Positions 7,088-17,579 of a stretch of DNA of 64,000 nt are shown here, piece by piece. Source of the stretch: an uncultured Methanosarcinales archaeon. GTDB taxonomy: Archaea > Nanobdellota > Nanobdellia > Woesearchaeales > CAXGTL01. The stretch's first letter is position 1. Each line of letters begins with the position of its first letter. Where the stretch lies: positions 1 to 64,000 of the forward strand of contig CAZHVK010000006.1 of NCBI GenBank assembly GCA_964535955.1, given 5' to 3'. The position numbers and the translations under genes were made by a program. The notes beneath the pieces were generated by a model, which saw nothing but the letters and a program-made list of their open reading frames with translations, did not search any database and was not told where the DNA came from.

Positions 7088-8368
7088 TTACTTTTTAACT
7101 AAATCAATACACATACCTGCTGCAACAGTTGTTCCACTGTCTCTAATAGCAAACCTTGATAATTGTGGTATTTCTTTTTGCTTTTCAATTACAACTGGTT
7201 GTACTGGTTTAACTTTAACAATTGCTGCATCACCATTTTTGATGAAATCAGGATTCTCTGCTAATACTTCACCAGTAGCTGGATTCAATTTCTTTAAAAT
7301 TGCTTCAATTCTACATGCAACTTGTGATGTATGTATATGGAATACAGGTGTATATCCTACAGTTACAACAGTTGGATGGTTTAATACAACTAATTGTGCA
7401 GTAAATTCAGTAGCAACTTGCGGAGGATTACTTTCATGTCCTAAAACATCTCCTCTTTGAAGATCTTTTTTACCAAATCCTCTTACAGATAGACCAACAT
7501 TATCTCCTGGTTCTGCTTGTGGCATTTGTTCGTGATGCATCTCAATAGATTTAACTTCACCACTAACTCCTTTACCTTCTCTACCAGGCATTGCTATAAC
7601 CTTGTCACCAACTTTCATTATTCCTGTTTCAATTCTACCTACAGGTACAACACCGATTCCAGTGATATTATATACATCTTGGATTGGCATTCTTAATGGT
7701 AAGTTAGTTGGTTTTTCAGGCGGTGTAAATTCATCAATTTGTTCAAGTAATGTTTTTCCTGTATACCAAGACATGTTTTCAGATTTCTTAACAACATTAT
7801 CTCCAACTAGTGAAGCAATTGGTATAAATGGTATTTCATCAGCTTTATAACCAACTGTTTTTAATAATGCTTGTACTTGCTTTTTAACATCTTCAAACTT
7901 AGCTTGATCATACTTAACCATGTCCATTTTATTAACAGCTATGATTAATTGACCAACACCTAGTGTTCTGGATAAGAATATATGTTCTTTTGTTTGAGCC
8001 ATAACTCCATCATTAGCAGCTACAACAACAACACCAGCATCTGCTTGTGAAGCTCCTGTAATCATGTTTTTGATAAAATCCTTGTGCCCTGGTGCATCAA
8101 TTATTGAGAAATAATATTTTGGAGTTTCAAACTTCTTATATGCTAAGTCAATTGTTACTCCTCTTTCTCTTTCTTCTTTAAGATTATCCATTACAAAAGC
8201 AAACTCAAAACCACCTTTTCCAAGTTCTTCTGCTTTTTCTTTTAATTTTCTCATAGCTTGTTCATCAATACTACCTGAATCAAACAATAGTCTACCTACA
8301 GTAGTAGATTTACCATGATCTACATGTCCTATAAAGACAAGATTTATGTGTATTTTTCCTTTTGCCAT
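7088..8368 (-). CDS. tuf: Translation elongation factor EF-1alpha
   Basis: [27 protein letters not shown]. Confidence 0.98.
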   Translation of the reverse strand: MAKGKIHINLVFIGHVDHGKSTTVGRLLFDSGSIDEQAMRKLKEKAEELGKGGFEFAFVMDNLKEERERGVTIDLAYKKFETPKYYFSIIDAPGHKDFIKNMITGASQADAGVVVVAANDGVMAQTKEHIFLSRTLGVGQLIIAVNKMDMVKYDQAKFEDVKKQVQALLKTVGYKADEIPFIPIASLVGDNVVKKSENMSWYTGKTLLEQIDEFTPPEKPTNLPLRMPIQDVYNITGIGVVPVGRIETGIMKVGDKVIAMPGREGKGVSGEVKSIEMHHEQMPQAEPGDNVGLSVRGFGKKDLQRGDVLGHESNPPQVATEFTAQLVVLNHPTVVTVGYTPVFHIHTSQVACRIEAILKKLNPATGEVLAENPDFIKNGDAAIVKVKPVQPVVIEKQKEIPQLSRFAIRDSGTTVAAGMCIDLVKK

Positions 8369-8509
8369 TTTTATTAAATTCCTCCTATTTTATTTATGTT
8401 TTATTATACATATATAGTATACAACTGTATATGTAGGATTTTTATTACTATTTATAAAGGTTACTATTAGTTAAACTATTATCTATGTTCTTGCAGCCCT
8501 TACACTGAC

Positions 8510-10681
8510 TTACTGATTCTCACTAAGTCCTTTTCTTTCTCTGATTTTCTTGATAATCTTTTGTTGAAGTTCCATAGGAAGCTTTTCAAACATCTGATCA
8601 ACTAATGAACTAGTACCACGACCTCCAGTACCACTTCTTAAATCATTAGACCACCCAAACAATTCTCCAACAGGCATTTTAGCTTTTGCAATTACTTGAA
8701 CACCTATTTGATTCATTTCTAATAACTGCCCTCTTCTATTACTAACTAATTTAGATATTTCACCCATAAACTCTACAGGTGCTTCTATTCTTAATATCTG
8801 TAATGGTTCAAATATTAAAGGACCAGCCATAGCCATTGCACCTCTTATTCCTTCTCTAACAGCAGGATATAACTGTGCAGGACCACGATGAATTGCATCT
8901 TCATGCAGTTTACAATCAGTCATAGTTACTTGTACTTTTATACATGGTTCTCTAGCTAAAGGCCCAGCCTTCATAACATCTTCAAACATATCTAAAACCA
9001 TTTCCAGGATTTCACCTATGTGAACAATTCCTCTAGTACCATCAATAAACACATTACCATGAAATACATCTTTTACTTTATCTGCAACTTTTGTATCCAT
9101 TCCACAATCCATGAATTTTTGTCTTAGGTTAAGGTCTCTTTTTTTCATTCTCATTTCAGGGATTTCGCCTGATTTTATTAATTCACTAATTTCTGGATTT
9201 AAAGGTTCTACTTTAAAGAATAAATGATTGTGTTTATTAGGGGATTTACCCATTGCTTCTTGACTAGGCTTTGTTATAGCTTCTCTATAAACAACAATTG
9301 GATCTGAAGTTTTAACTTCAAGACCTTTTTCTTTTCGAATCCTTTCTTCAATAACTTCTAAATGTAATTCACCCATACCATGCATTAGATATTCTCCTGT
9401 TTCTTCATTAATCTCAATCTTAATAGTAGGATCTTCTTTTCCAACCATCCTAAGAATCTTAATCAATTTATCTAAATCACTTGGTCTTAAAACTTCGATT
9501 GCTTTTGTTATAACAGGATCAAATATATGAGTAATTTGTTCAAAAGGTTCTGTTTTATTAAAACTCACAGTTTCACCAGGATAAGCTTTAATTCCTGCTG
9601 CACCAATGATATTTCCTGCTGGAATATTATCAACTATTTCTCTTTTTGCACCTTTTCTAATAAAGATTTGCTGAATTCTGGCAGGCTGACCTAATCTATT
9701 AAGATAAACTTGTTCACCTTTTGTCATGGTTCCTGAAAATAATCTTCCTGTTGAAATTTCTCCTGCTTGAGGATCTACCTCTACTTTAATAACAACAAAA
9801 AATAATGGTCCATTTGAATCACAACTAACTAATGCTTTTCCTTCTTCTGATTCTAAATCACCATGCCAAATTTTAGGAATTCTATACTTTTGAGCAGTTA
9901 TAGGGTTTGGTAAGTGTCTAATTACAGCATCAAGTACAACCTCATGCACTGGTGCTCTTTTTGCTAAAGTTTTATATGCTTCTGGATCATCTGATTGATA
10001 TGCATCAATTATTTCTTTGAATGAAATATTTTTTTCTTTCATATAAGAAACACTCATTCCCCAATTATGCACTGCTGAACCAAATGTAACGCTTCCATCT
10101 ATAACATTAACTTGCCATTTTTCTTTCCATTCAGGAGGTGCATTTTCTTTAATAAACTTGTTTACTCCTGCAATTATTTTAACAAACCTTTCCTGCATTT
10201 GTTCAGGTGTTAATTGTAATTCTTTGATCATTCTATCAACTTTATTAATAAAAAGAATTGGTTTAACTCGTTCTCGTAAAGCTTGACGCAAAACAGTTTC
10301 AGTCTGAGGCATAACACCTTCAGATGCACAACATAATACAATTGCACCATCAACAGCTCTCATTGCCCTTGTTACATCCCCACCAAAATCTACATGCCCA
10401 GGTGTGTCTATTAGATTAATCAAATATTCTTTATCTTTAAATGAATGAACCATTGAAACAGATGCAGCATCAATTGTAATACCACGTTCTTGTTCATCTT
10501 CATGAAAATCCATAATAAGTTGTTTTCCTGCTAATTGTTCAGACATCATTTTTGCTCCTGCAAGCAAATTATCTGTAAAAGTTGTTTTTCCATGATCAAT
10601 ATGTGCACAAATAGCAATATTTCTAATAACATCTGGTTTTCCAACTAGTCTCATTACTTTTTCAGTCATTGATTCTGCCAT
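8510..10681 (-). CDS. fusA: Translation elongation factor EF-2
   Basis: AHIDHGKTT, DTPGHVDF, NKVD and the diphthamide loop HEDAIHRG. Confidence 0.98.
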   Translation of the reverse strand: MAESMTEKVMRLVGKPDVIRNIAICAHIDHGKTTFTDNLLAGAKMMSEQLAGKQLIMDFHEDEQERGITIDAASVSMVHSFKDKEYLINLIDTPGHVDFGGDVTRAMRAVDGAIVLCCASEGVMPQTETVLRQALRERVKPILFINKVDRMIKELQLTPEQMQERFVKIIAGVNKFIKENAPPEWKEKWQVNVIDGSVTFGSAVHNWGMSVSYMKEKNISFKEIIDAYQSDDPEAYKTLAKRAPVHEVVLDAVIRHLPNPITAQKYRIPKIWHGDLESEEGKALVSCDSNGPLFFVVIKVEVDPQAGEISTGRLFSGTMTKGEQVYLNRLGQPARIQQIFIRKGAKREIVDNIPAGNIIGAAGIKAYPGETVSFNKTEPFEQITHIFDPVITKAIEVLRPSDLDKLIKILRMVGKEDPTIKIEINEETGEYLMHGMGELHLEVIEERIRKEKGLEVKTSDPIVVYREAITKPSQEAMGKSPNKHNHLFFKVEPLNPEISELIKSGEIPEMRMKKRDLNLRQKFMDCGMDTKVADKVKDVFHGNVFIDGTRGIVHIGEILEMVLDMFEDVMKAGPLAREPCIKVQVTMTDCKLHEDAIHRGPAQLYPAVREGIRGAMAMAGPLIFEPLQILRIEAPVEFMGEISKLVSNRRGQLLEMNQIGVQVIAKAKMPVGELFGWSNDLRSGTGGRGTSSLVDQMFEKLPMELQQKIIKKIRERKGLSENQ

Positions 10682-10720
10682 ATTATTTTCCTCCTATCAT
10701 CTCTTTTATATTAAAAAAAA

Positions 10721-11215
10721 TTAAAAAACATGTTTTTCATTAACTGTTTTATAATTATGTAGTTCTTCAACAGCAAACCATAATTTGATTTCTTCATCAG
10801 CTTCTTTTTTTGTACCAGAAGCATGAATTAGATTTTTTATTGATATACCTTTTTTATCAGTATATTCATAACTATGGTGTGCAAAATCTCCTCTTATTGT
10901 TCCAGGTAATGCAGACCTTGGTTCTGTTGGGCCAACTATTTTTCGAACAACCTCAACTGCATGTAATCCTTCCAAAACAAATGCTATAACAGGGCCCTCT
11001 GTTATGAATTTTTCAAGATTCTTGTAAAACTTCTTTTTTAAATGAGCTTTATAATGCTGCTTTGCAAAATTCTTGTTAACCCAAACCATTTTTAGCCCAA
11101 CAACCTTTAAACCAGCATCTTCAAATCTTGTAAAAACTCTGCCAATAATAGCTCTTTGAACACAATCTGGTTTTAATAATACTAATGATCTTTCCATAAA
11201 CAATGTTTTTACCAT
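10721..11215 (-). CDS. ndk: Nucleoside diphosphate kinase
   Basis: LKPDCVQR, PGTIRGDF, NLIHASG. Confidence 0.95.
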   Translation of the reverse strand: MVKTLFMERSLVLLKPDCVQRAIIGRVFTRFEDAGLKVVGLKMVWVNKNFAKQHYKAHLKKKFYKNLEKFITEGPVIAFVLEGLHAVEVVRKIVGPTEPRSALPGTIRGDFAHHSYEYTDKKGISIKNLIHASGTKKEADEEIKLWFAVEELHNYKTVNEKHVF

Positions 11216-11233
11216 ATTAATCTCACCTATAAT

Positions 11234-11434
11234 TTACTTCTTTTTTTTACCTTTTCTTTGTGAAGCTGTAATATAATGCTTGCTCCACCGAGTTGCAATA
11301 GGTTTTCTACCTAGCTTTATCAAATTTTTTTCACATTTATTTGAACAAAAATAATAAACTTTGCCATCTGTTTTAACAAACATTTTCCCTGTTGCTTTTG
11401 GAATTTCTATTCCACAAAAAGTGCATTTAACCAT
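11234..11434 (-). CDS. rpl24e: 50S ribosomal protein L24e
   Basis: CTFCG...G.MFV..DG...FCSNKC. Confidence 0.95.
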   Translation of the reverse strand: MVKCTFCGIEIPKATGKMFVKTDGKVYYFCSNKCEKNLIKLGRKPIATRWSKHYITASQRKGKKKK

Positions 11435-11525
11435 TCACTTCACCCCATCATATTCTTATAATAATTTTATAATATAATTATATTATTAACATTATTCTCA
11501 TCATTATTATTATAACTACATGAAA

Positions 11526-11822
11526 TTATACTTTTGCTCTTCCTCTTTTACCAATTGGTCTTGCTTCTATTTCTGTTTCTCTTAACATCAAGACGTCTCC
11601 GATTCTTACAGGTCCTTTAACATTTCTTCTCAATATTTTATTTTTATCTCTGCCATCTAAAACCTTGCATCTAACCTGTGATGCTTCTCCTCTTGATCCT
11701 GTCCTACCTATAATTTCCTCAACTCTTGCAGGAACAGCATAACTAAAATTAACTTGCCCTCTAGTTGGTTCTTCCTTTTTTTTCCCATCATGAGTTCGCA
11801 TTTTTTTAATTGCGCCTGCCAT
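11526..11822 (-). CDS. rps28e: 30S ribosomal protein S28e (with N-terminal extension)
   Basis: IGRTGSRGE...[28 protein letters not shown] before the ATG at 11822. Confidence 0.93.
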   Translation of the reverse strand: MAGAIKKMRTHDGKKKEEPTRGQVNFSYAVPARVEEIIGRTGSRGEASQVRCKVLDGRDKNKILRRNVKGPVRIGDVLMLRETEIEARPIGKRGRAKV

Positions 11823-11884
11823 TTTATTCACCTATTATATTATTTTATTTTATATTATTTTATTTTATTTTATTTTATTTTATT

Positions 11885-12220
11885 TTATTTAGTCAATGAA
11901 TCAATTAATTTCTTTGCTTCACCTTCTTTTACTACTGAAACTGCTGAAGTTCCTAATTCTAATCCTGCTGCAGCTCCAAGTTCTTCTTTTGTTGAAACTT
12001 CAAAACATTTCAACCCTTTTTCATCACATAACAATGGAATGTGCATAACAACTTCTGGTGGTGTTACATCTTTTGCAATCACAACTAGTTTAGCTTGTGC
12101 TTTTTCAATAGCTTTTGTCACTTCATTTGAACCTTTTCTTATTTTCCCAGTTGCTTTCGCAATCTCAACTGCTTCTAATACTTTTTCTTGTACTTCTTTT
12201 GATGCTTCTATTTTTGGCAT
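11885..12220 (-). CDS. rpl7ae: 50S ribosomal protein L7Ae
   Basis: IRKGSNEVTKAIE...LVVIAKDVTPPEVVMHIPLLC. Confidence 0.96.
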   Translation of the reverse strand: MPKIEASKEVQEKVLEAVEIAKATGKIRKGSNEVTKAIEKAQAKLVVIAKDVTPPEVVMHIPLLCDEKGLKCFEVSTKEELGAAAGLELGTSAVSVVKEGEAKKLIDSLTK

Positions 12221-12315
12221 TTATATCCCCTCCTATAGAGTTCTTATTTTATTTATGTTATTTATTTAGATTATTTATTTTATTTAACCATAACAAAGGT
12301 AATTCGATAGAACGA

Positions 12316-12365
12316 ATACCTCAATCCACACCTTATTTGTAAGATGCTTCATCAATCATTGGTAT
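12316..12365 (-). promoter_or_regulatory. Putative kink-turn in the rpl7ae 5' leader (L7Ae autoregulatory site)
   Basis: Minus strand reads ATACC-AAT-GA...GA-GGTAT with an inner stem GCATCTTA/TAAGGTGT. It begins just downstream of a TTTATAAA box (12396-12403). Confidence 0.6.
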
Positions 12366-12440
12366 GATGTATGATAATACGAAAATCAGAATTCATTTAT
12401 AAATGTATCGTTGCAAAGCATTGATGCAATCCCTTGTTCA

Positions 12441-15400
12441 TTACAAATATTCAATCCTTCTTTTAATAAAAAATCCAATCACAATTAAAACAATCAATGA
12501 CACTATCAATATAATAAGAATACTAAATGAAGATTCATTAAATAACCATTTTCTTGGTTTTTCTTCAAGTTTTTTAACAACTTCACCTTCTATGCCTGGC
12601 CCATCACCAAATTGGGTTTTAGAACCTGCATCAACTTGCGGCACAAAATTCTTATTTAAACTAACAGCCATATAATCAAAAGCACTTAATTCTGTTTCAT
12701 AATTATAATAACCAGATGTTGAACTTTTCCATGTAGCAGGATAAAGAATCCAATTATTATCTTTACTATTATAATAATACAATTTAGTTGTAGACATATT
12801 TAAATCATTTTCAATAACATAAGATTGATTCAATCTAAAAGCTACATCAATATCTTTTACATTTGTACCAGCAAGATTATCTGCCTGAACACTCATATAC
12901 TTATAAACATAACCAGGTGCAGATGATTTCACTCTTTTTGGTTGTTTTTTGTATGATTTTATTGTTAATGTTACTGATTTAGACTTATTAATTACTTTAA
13001 AACCTAATTTTGTTATTGGCAAAACTTCATTATCCAACTTAATTTCTTTTTTCTCTGATTTTTTTAATTCAGAATAAGCAAATGTTTCTGTTGCATCTTC
13101 ATAAACAGAGGATCCGCCGCCGCCGCCACCACTACTGCTAGATCCGCCGCCACCGCCACCTCCACCACCACTACTAGTAGAAGTTGAACATCCAGCATGA
13201 ATACCAGCGTTATTATCATTACAATCACTACCTAAAGGACACCCTGTTCCATAACCATCATCATCATTATCAGCACATTGTTCATGCACAGCACTATGTG
13301 ACAAACCTTGTATAACATATCTTGTGTTATTATCAACTCTTGAACAATTATATACAGAATCCAAACCATCGCAAGTAACAAGTCTTTCATTTGCACCATT
13401 ACAACCAAGACTTATACCTGACAAATTATCAACATCAGCATCTTTCACACAAAGAGTATTATAACTTGTATTAATATCATCAATATAGATTGTTTTGGTT
13501 CCTGATATTTGTAAACCAGTGACAATCAAAAATCCTCTAGGATAAGATGAATTTTGCTTTGAAATAGTAATATTATAAAGATTAATATTTATCTCAGAAA
13601 AATTTGTCAAAGTTTCTATTGTAATATTTGAACCAATTTTAAGTGTTAGATTAAATTCACCATTAAACTGCTGCACAAGGTTTGTTGATCCATTTATAGC
13701 AATGGTAGTGGAACCACTTAATGAAGAACTGCTTGAAGCTCCATCAGAGGATTCAAACACACTTATTGATGATAAATCTCCTTTTAAATTATCACTTGTA
13801 TCATCCAGCCCATCATTATCATCATCAGAATCAAGCACATCATATGAACCATCATTATCACTATCTGTTAAATCACCGATTATAATTAAAACAATCTGTG
13901 ATGAACTAAGATTAGAATCATTAACACTAACATTCACATAATAATTACCAGTATCAAAATAAGTTACATTCCATGAAAAAAGATTATCATATTGTGTGAA
14001 ATTTGACATATTGATTGAATAATACAAAGTATCTCCAGGATCATCTACTGCTACAACAGTTATATCAATTGTCGCATTAGTTGTTTCATCAACATCTACA
14101 GAAATATTTTCAATCTGTGTTAAATTAGGTGCTGCAAAATTGTTCACAGTCATGTTCCAAGAAACTGTTGCATTCTCATATGAATCAGTAACAATCAATG
14201 AAACATTATAAACTCCTGCTTGTGTTGTATTTGGTATAAATGTAAAATTTTCTTCATCTGTTGCATCTGATTGTATATCACCTGATAAATACCAATAATA
14301 ATTCAATGAGTCAGAATTATTATCACGAGAAGTATGATTAAAGATTATTTCATCTGTTTCGTAAATATTAAGCTGCAGAGAAGAGGGTGTTTGGGATGTT
14401 ATTTCTGGAACAGTATTATTTATTTTACAAAATCTTTTATCAGACTTAAACAATGAAGACGAAGAATCATTAATATAAACAGTATAATTATGCAACCCTG
14501 TCAAACCAGTTATATTAAGATAAAAATTATTATTATCTGCATTACTATTCATAGTGTAATTAGTTCCATTTATCTCAATCAAAGAAGAAGTAACCACCCT
14601 TCTAGTTGTTATATTAACAAACACATAATCAAACACAGTATATGAATTATTATCAAGTATAGGACTAACAAATACAATATTTGGAACAATTGTCCAATAC
14701 ACATCCAACCTAGGATAATCAGAAATTGTTACATTGGTTTCTGTTATCAATGATTCAATTTCACTTACTGTTAAATTTTTACCATCTCTTTCAAATTGAT
14801 CCTGCCTTAGTAATGCAATTGCTGCGGAAACATGTGGCGCTGCCATTGATGTTCCAGACCTTGAAATAGTATCAGTAATATGATCATTATCCATTGATGT
14901 GATTGAAACTCCTGGTGCAAGAATGTCTAGGTCAGAATTTCTATTTGAATCTGTATTCAGAGCATCATTATTATCACTCATTCCAACAGAGATCACAATT
15001 GGATGGCATGCAGGATAACTCATCTGTGTTGTTGAACCACTATTACCAGATGCTGCAACTAATGTAACATTAGCCTCACGTGCTGATTCTAATTGAGAAT
15101 TATAATTATCAGGACAAGCATCAGTGGTATATAATACAGATGTTCCTAAACTCATTGAAACAACTGAAATATTATAAACATCTTTATTTGAAACACACCA
15201 ATCAATTCCTTCAACAACATCATTCATTGAACCTGTTCCTGCAGAATTAAGTGCTTTTATTGCAACAAGTTTTGCATCAGGTGCAACTCCTTTATAAGTT
15301 GAATGATTTGATGCTACAATTCCTGCAACATGTGTACCATGATAATGATCATCATGACACTCATCATTTGTGATTGTACAGTTTGTATTTGTTATGGTAT

Positions 15401-16046
15401 TTTTACCAGCCACAACCATTACACCAAAATATCCACCTAAGTTTGTATGATTATAATAAATTCCAGAATCAATCACACACACTGTTTGACCAACACCAGT
15501 TATATTTCTATTATTAACTATTCTTTGCCATGCATAATCAGCATGTATTATAGGAATTGAATCATCAAGAAATACTTTTACTTCAAGGTCAGATGTAATT
15601 GATTCAACATTAGGATTATTTATTAATTCTTCTATAGCTTCTTTATTAGCAGTAGCTGTTATTACTGGTGAATTTTCAAATTGATGGTCAATAACAAGTT
15701 CAGGACTGTCTTCATTAATAAGCACAATTGCTTTATCAATTTCTTCATCAGAGTCTGCATTATACTCATCATTATTCTCATCTCCTACAACAACACCTTC
15801 TTTATCAAGACTTTCTAAAACTTCTTCTTGCAATTCTTTAATTAACTCTTGAGTATCCTTATTATCACCAGCATTCTCAACAGGATGTTTTAGTTTAATA
15901 ACCACAGAAACATCATGATTTGCCACAATATCAACAATCACTTCTTCAGAAACTTTTGCACTTAAATCATTATCAATATCAGCTGATGTAATCACAACTA
16001 AGAATAATAAAATCAAGATTAATATTCCACACCTCAGTTTTTTCAT
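12441..16046 (-). CDS. Large membrane-anchored S8 subtilisin-like serine protease (signal peptide, prodomain, S8, Ig/cadherin-like repeats, Asp-rich Ca-binding repeat, Gly/Ser linker, PGF-pre-PGF-like domain, C-terminal TM)
   Basis: Catalytic triad motifs VIDSG, HGTHVAG and GTSMAAPH; many N-x-S/T sites; C-terminal TM with a basic tail. Confidence 0.92.
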   Translation of the reverse strand: MKKLRCGILILILLFLVVITSADIDNDLSAKVSEEVIVDIVANHDVSVVIKLKHPVENAGDNKDTQELIKELQEEVLESLDKEGVVVGDENNDEYNADSDEEIDKAIVLINEDSPELVIDHQFENSPVITATANKEAIEELINNPNVESITSDLEVKVFLDDSIPIIHADYAWQRIVNNRNITGVGQTVCVIDSGIYYNHTNLGGYFGVMVVAGKNTITNTNCTITNDECHDDHYHGTHVAGIVASNHSTYKGVAPDAKLVAIKALNSAGTGSMNDVVEGIDWCVSNKDVYNISVVSMSLGTSVLYTTDACPDNYNSQLESAREANVTLVAASGNSGSTTQMSYPACHPIVISVGMSDNNDALNTDSNRNSDLDILAPGVSITSMDNDHITDTISRSGTSMAAPHVSAAIALLRQDQFERDGKNLTVSEIESLITETNVTISDYPRLDVYWTIVPNIVFVSPILDNNSYTVFDYVFVNITTRRVVTSSLIEINGTNYTMNSNADNNNFYLNITGLTGLHNYTVYINDSSSSLFKSDKRFCKINNTVPEITSQTPSSLQLNIYETDEIIFNHTSRDNNSDSLNYYWYLSGDIQSDATDEENFTFIPNTTQAGVYNVSLIVTDSYENATVSWNMTVNNFAAPNLTQIENISVDVDETTNATIDITVVAVDDPGDTLYYSINMSNFTQYDNLFSWNVTYFDTGNYYVNVSVNDSNLSSSQIVLIIIGDLTDSDNDGSYDVLDSDDDNDGLDDTSDNLKGDLSSISVFESSDGASSSSSLSGSTTIAINGSTNLVQQFNGEFNLTLKIGSNITIETLTNFSEININLYNITISKQNSSYPRGFLIVTGLQISGTKTIYIDDINTSYNTLCVKDADVDNLSGISLGCNGANERLVTCDGLDSVYNCSRVDNNTRYVIQGLSHSAVHEQCADNDDDGYGTGCPLGSDCNDNNAGIHAGCSTSTSSGGGGGGGGGSSSSGGGGGGSSVYEDATETFAYSELKKSEKKEIKLDNEVLPITKLGFKVINKSKSVTLTIKSYKKQPKRVKSSAPGYVYKYMSVQADNLAGTNVKDIDVAFRLNQSYVIENDLNMSTTKLYYYNSKDNNWILYPATWKSSTSGYYNYETELSAFDYMAVSLNKNFVPQVDAGSKTQFGDGPGIEGEVVKKLEEKPRKWLFNESSFSILIILIVSLIVLIVIGFFIKRRIEYL

Positions 16047-16094
16047 ATATATATATTATTGAGAAGTAGTTTTTATACTTTTCGATTTTTTTGT

Positions 16095-16257
16095 ATGTGC
16101 ATAGCGTCCGTAAGACCAATGAGCACATGTCATGAATCGAAGATTCATGATCATGATCATAAATGCTCCGCCTTTATGACATAGCACATCGTAAGAAAAA
16201 CAGGGCTTTCTATTTGTTATGGTAAGATCTTAGAAAGTGCGAATGAGCTATGCACAT
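16095..16257 (+). mobile_element. Structured non-coding MITE-like element, copy 1, with 13-bp target-site duplication and nested mini-element
   Basis: Terminal inverted repeats ATGTGCATAGC/GCTATGCACAT. Direct repeat TCGATTTTTTTGT at 16082-16094 and 16258-16270. Homologous to 29367-29475 and 53504-53611. Confidence 0.75.
16127..16182. repeat. Double-hairpin mini-element, second copy, nested in the larger element
   Basis: ATGTCATGAATCGAAGATTCATGATCATGATCATAAA...TTTATGACAT, flanked by an AGCAC direct repeat. Confidence 0.8.
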
Positions 16258-16308
16258 TCGATTTTTTTGTTAGTTAGATTTATAAATCCAGATTCATTTC
16301 TAATAAAT

Positions 16309-16905
16309 ATGAAACTTATTTTTGTGAGACACGGAGAAACAGAAGAAAACAAAAAACAGATTAATCAAGGTCATGAAGGAGGAATCTTAACAGAATTAGG
16401 AATCAAACAAGCAAAAAAGTTAGGACTAAGATTAAAGAATGAGAAAATAGACAAAATTTATGTAAGTGACTTAAAAAGAACAATAGATACTGCTAAAGAA
16501 ATTATCAGGTTCCATCAAAACATTCCAGTAATATATGATCCAAGATTAAGAGAAGTACATCTTGGAGAATTTGAAGGCAAACCATGGGGTTCATTGTCAA
16601 TTGCTGCTGAAAAAGCAGGAATTTCACACATTCTTTTCAAACCAAAAACAGGAGAATCATTATCAGAGATGAGAAACAGGGTTGTTTTATTTTTTGAAGA
16701 AATATTTAAAAATGATTTTGGTAAGACAATACTTTTTGTAACACATGGTGGCCCTGTAAGAGGATTATTACTTTACTTGCTTAATAAGACTGATAAAGAT
16801 TATAGACCAGAGCTTCAAAATACTTGTGTTTCAGTTTTTGAGATTGATAAAGACAAGAATGCACAACCAATTATTGTTAATTGTGCAGAACATTTAAATG
16901 ATTAA
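16309..16905 (+). CDS. Histidine phosphatase (phosphoglycerate mutase-like) family protein
   Basis: VRHGET, SDLKRT, LREVHLGEFEG, VTHGG. Confidence 0.9.
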   Translation: MKLIFVRHGETEENKKQINQGHEGGILTELGIKQAKKLGLRLKNEKIDKIYVSDLKRTIDTAKEIIRFHQNIPVIYDPRLREVHLGEFEGKPWGSLSIAAEKAGISHILFKPKTGESLSEMRNRVVLFFEEIFKNDFGKTILFVTHGGPVRGLLLYLLNKTDKDYRPELQNTCVSVFEIDKDKNAQPIIVNCAEHLND

Positions 16906-17525
16906 ACAACATAAACTCCTTTCCACCTAACAATCTTTACTTTTTCACCGAGTTTTAATTTTCTCAATTTCTTATTCTTAACTTCAACAGATTCATAAGT
17001 CTCTGGGTGAAGAACCTCAACATTAGGTTTTACTTTTGACACAGTTGTTTTATAGACTTCTAATTTTTTAATCTTATCAGAATACTTGAAAGATATATTT
17101 TTATTATTAATAATCTCAGACCCGGTAACTTTCTTACCTATTTTTTTAACTAATACCAACTTATCATTAAATAAAACAACATCACCTTTTTCAAATTCAG
17201 GTGGTTTAAACAAAACATTCAATCTATAGATAAGCTTGCTTTTGTTTCTATCCATTGAAAACAGTTTTTCATTCAAAGACACTTTTCCACCAAATTCAGA
17301 AAACAATTGGTTGGACAAAGTTCGTAAAAATTTCTTAGAAGAAAAATAAAAATCAACACCATTCTTAACTTTCAATTCTTTAGTAATATAGACAGATTTT
17401 TTACTCTTTTTTTTTTGTTTTTTTATTGATCTTATGATAAAATCAATTACTTTTTTTTTAGGGTTTCTTAATTGCAAAATTCCTTCAAAATATTGATTTG
17501 GTGCTTGTTTAACAACTTGACTCAT
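16902..17525 (-). CDS. NMD3-family (60S export adaptor-like) protein, short form
   Basis: YFEGILQLR, GVDFYFSS and C-terminal VLHPETYE motifs. Confidence 0.75.
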   Translation of the reverse strand: MSQVVKQAPNQYFEGILQLRNPKKKVIDFIIRSIKKQKKKSKKSVYITKELKVKNGVDFYFSSKKFLRTLSNQLFSEFGGKVSLNEKLFSMDRNKSKLIYRLNVLFKPPEFEKGDVVLFNDKLVLVKKIGKKVTGSEIINNKNISFKYSDKIKKLEVYKTTVSKVKPNVEVLHPETYESVEVKNKKLRKLKLGEKVKIVRWKGVYVV

Positions 17526-17579
17526 AATATAGTTAAAAAAACACAAGATTTTTAAAACCTTTGATTTTAAATGCTTTTT

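Noticed and set aside
16095..16257. Known self-cleaving ribozyme or riboswitch
   Set aside because: No hammerhead CUGANGA/GAAA core or other consensus I could match by eye; needs an Rfam search.
16237..16308. N-terminal extension of the histidine phosphatase
   Set aside because: The upstream GTG lies within the repeat element; the ATG at 16309 follows a TATA box and directly precedes the RHG motif.
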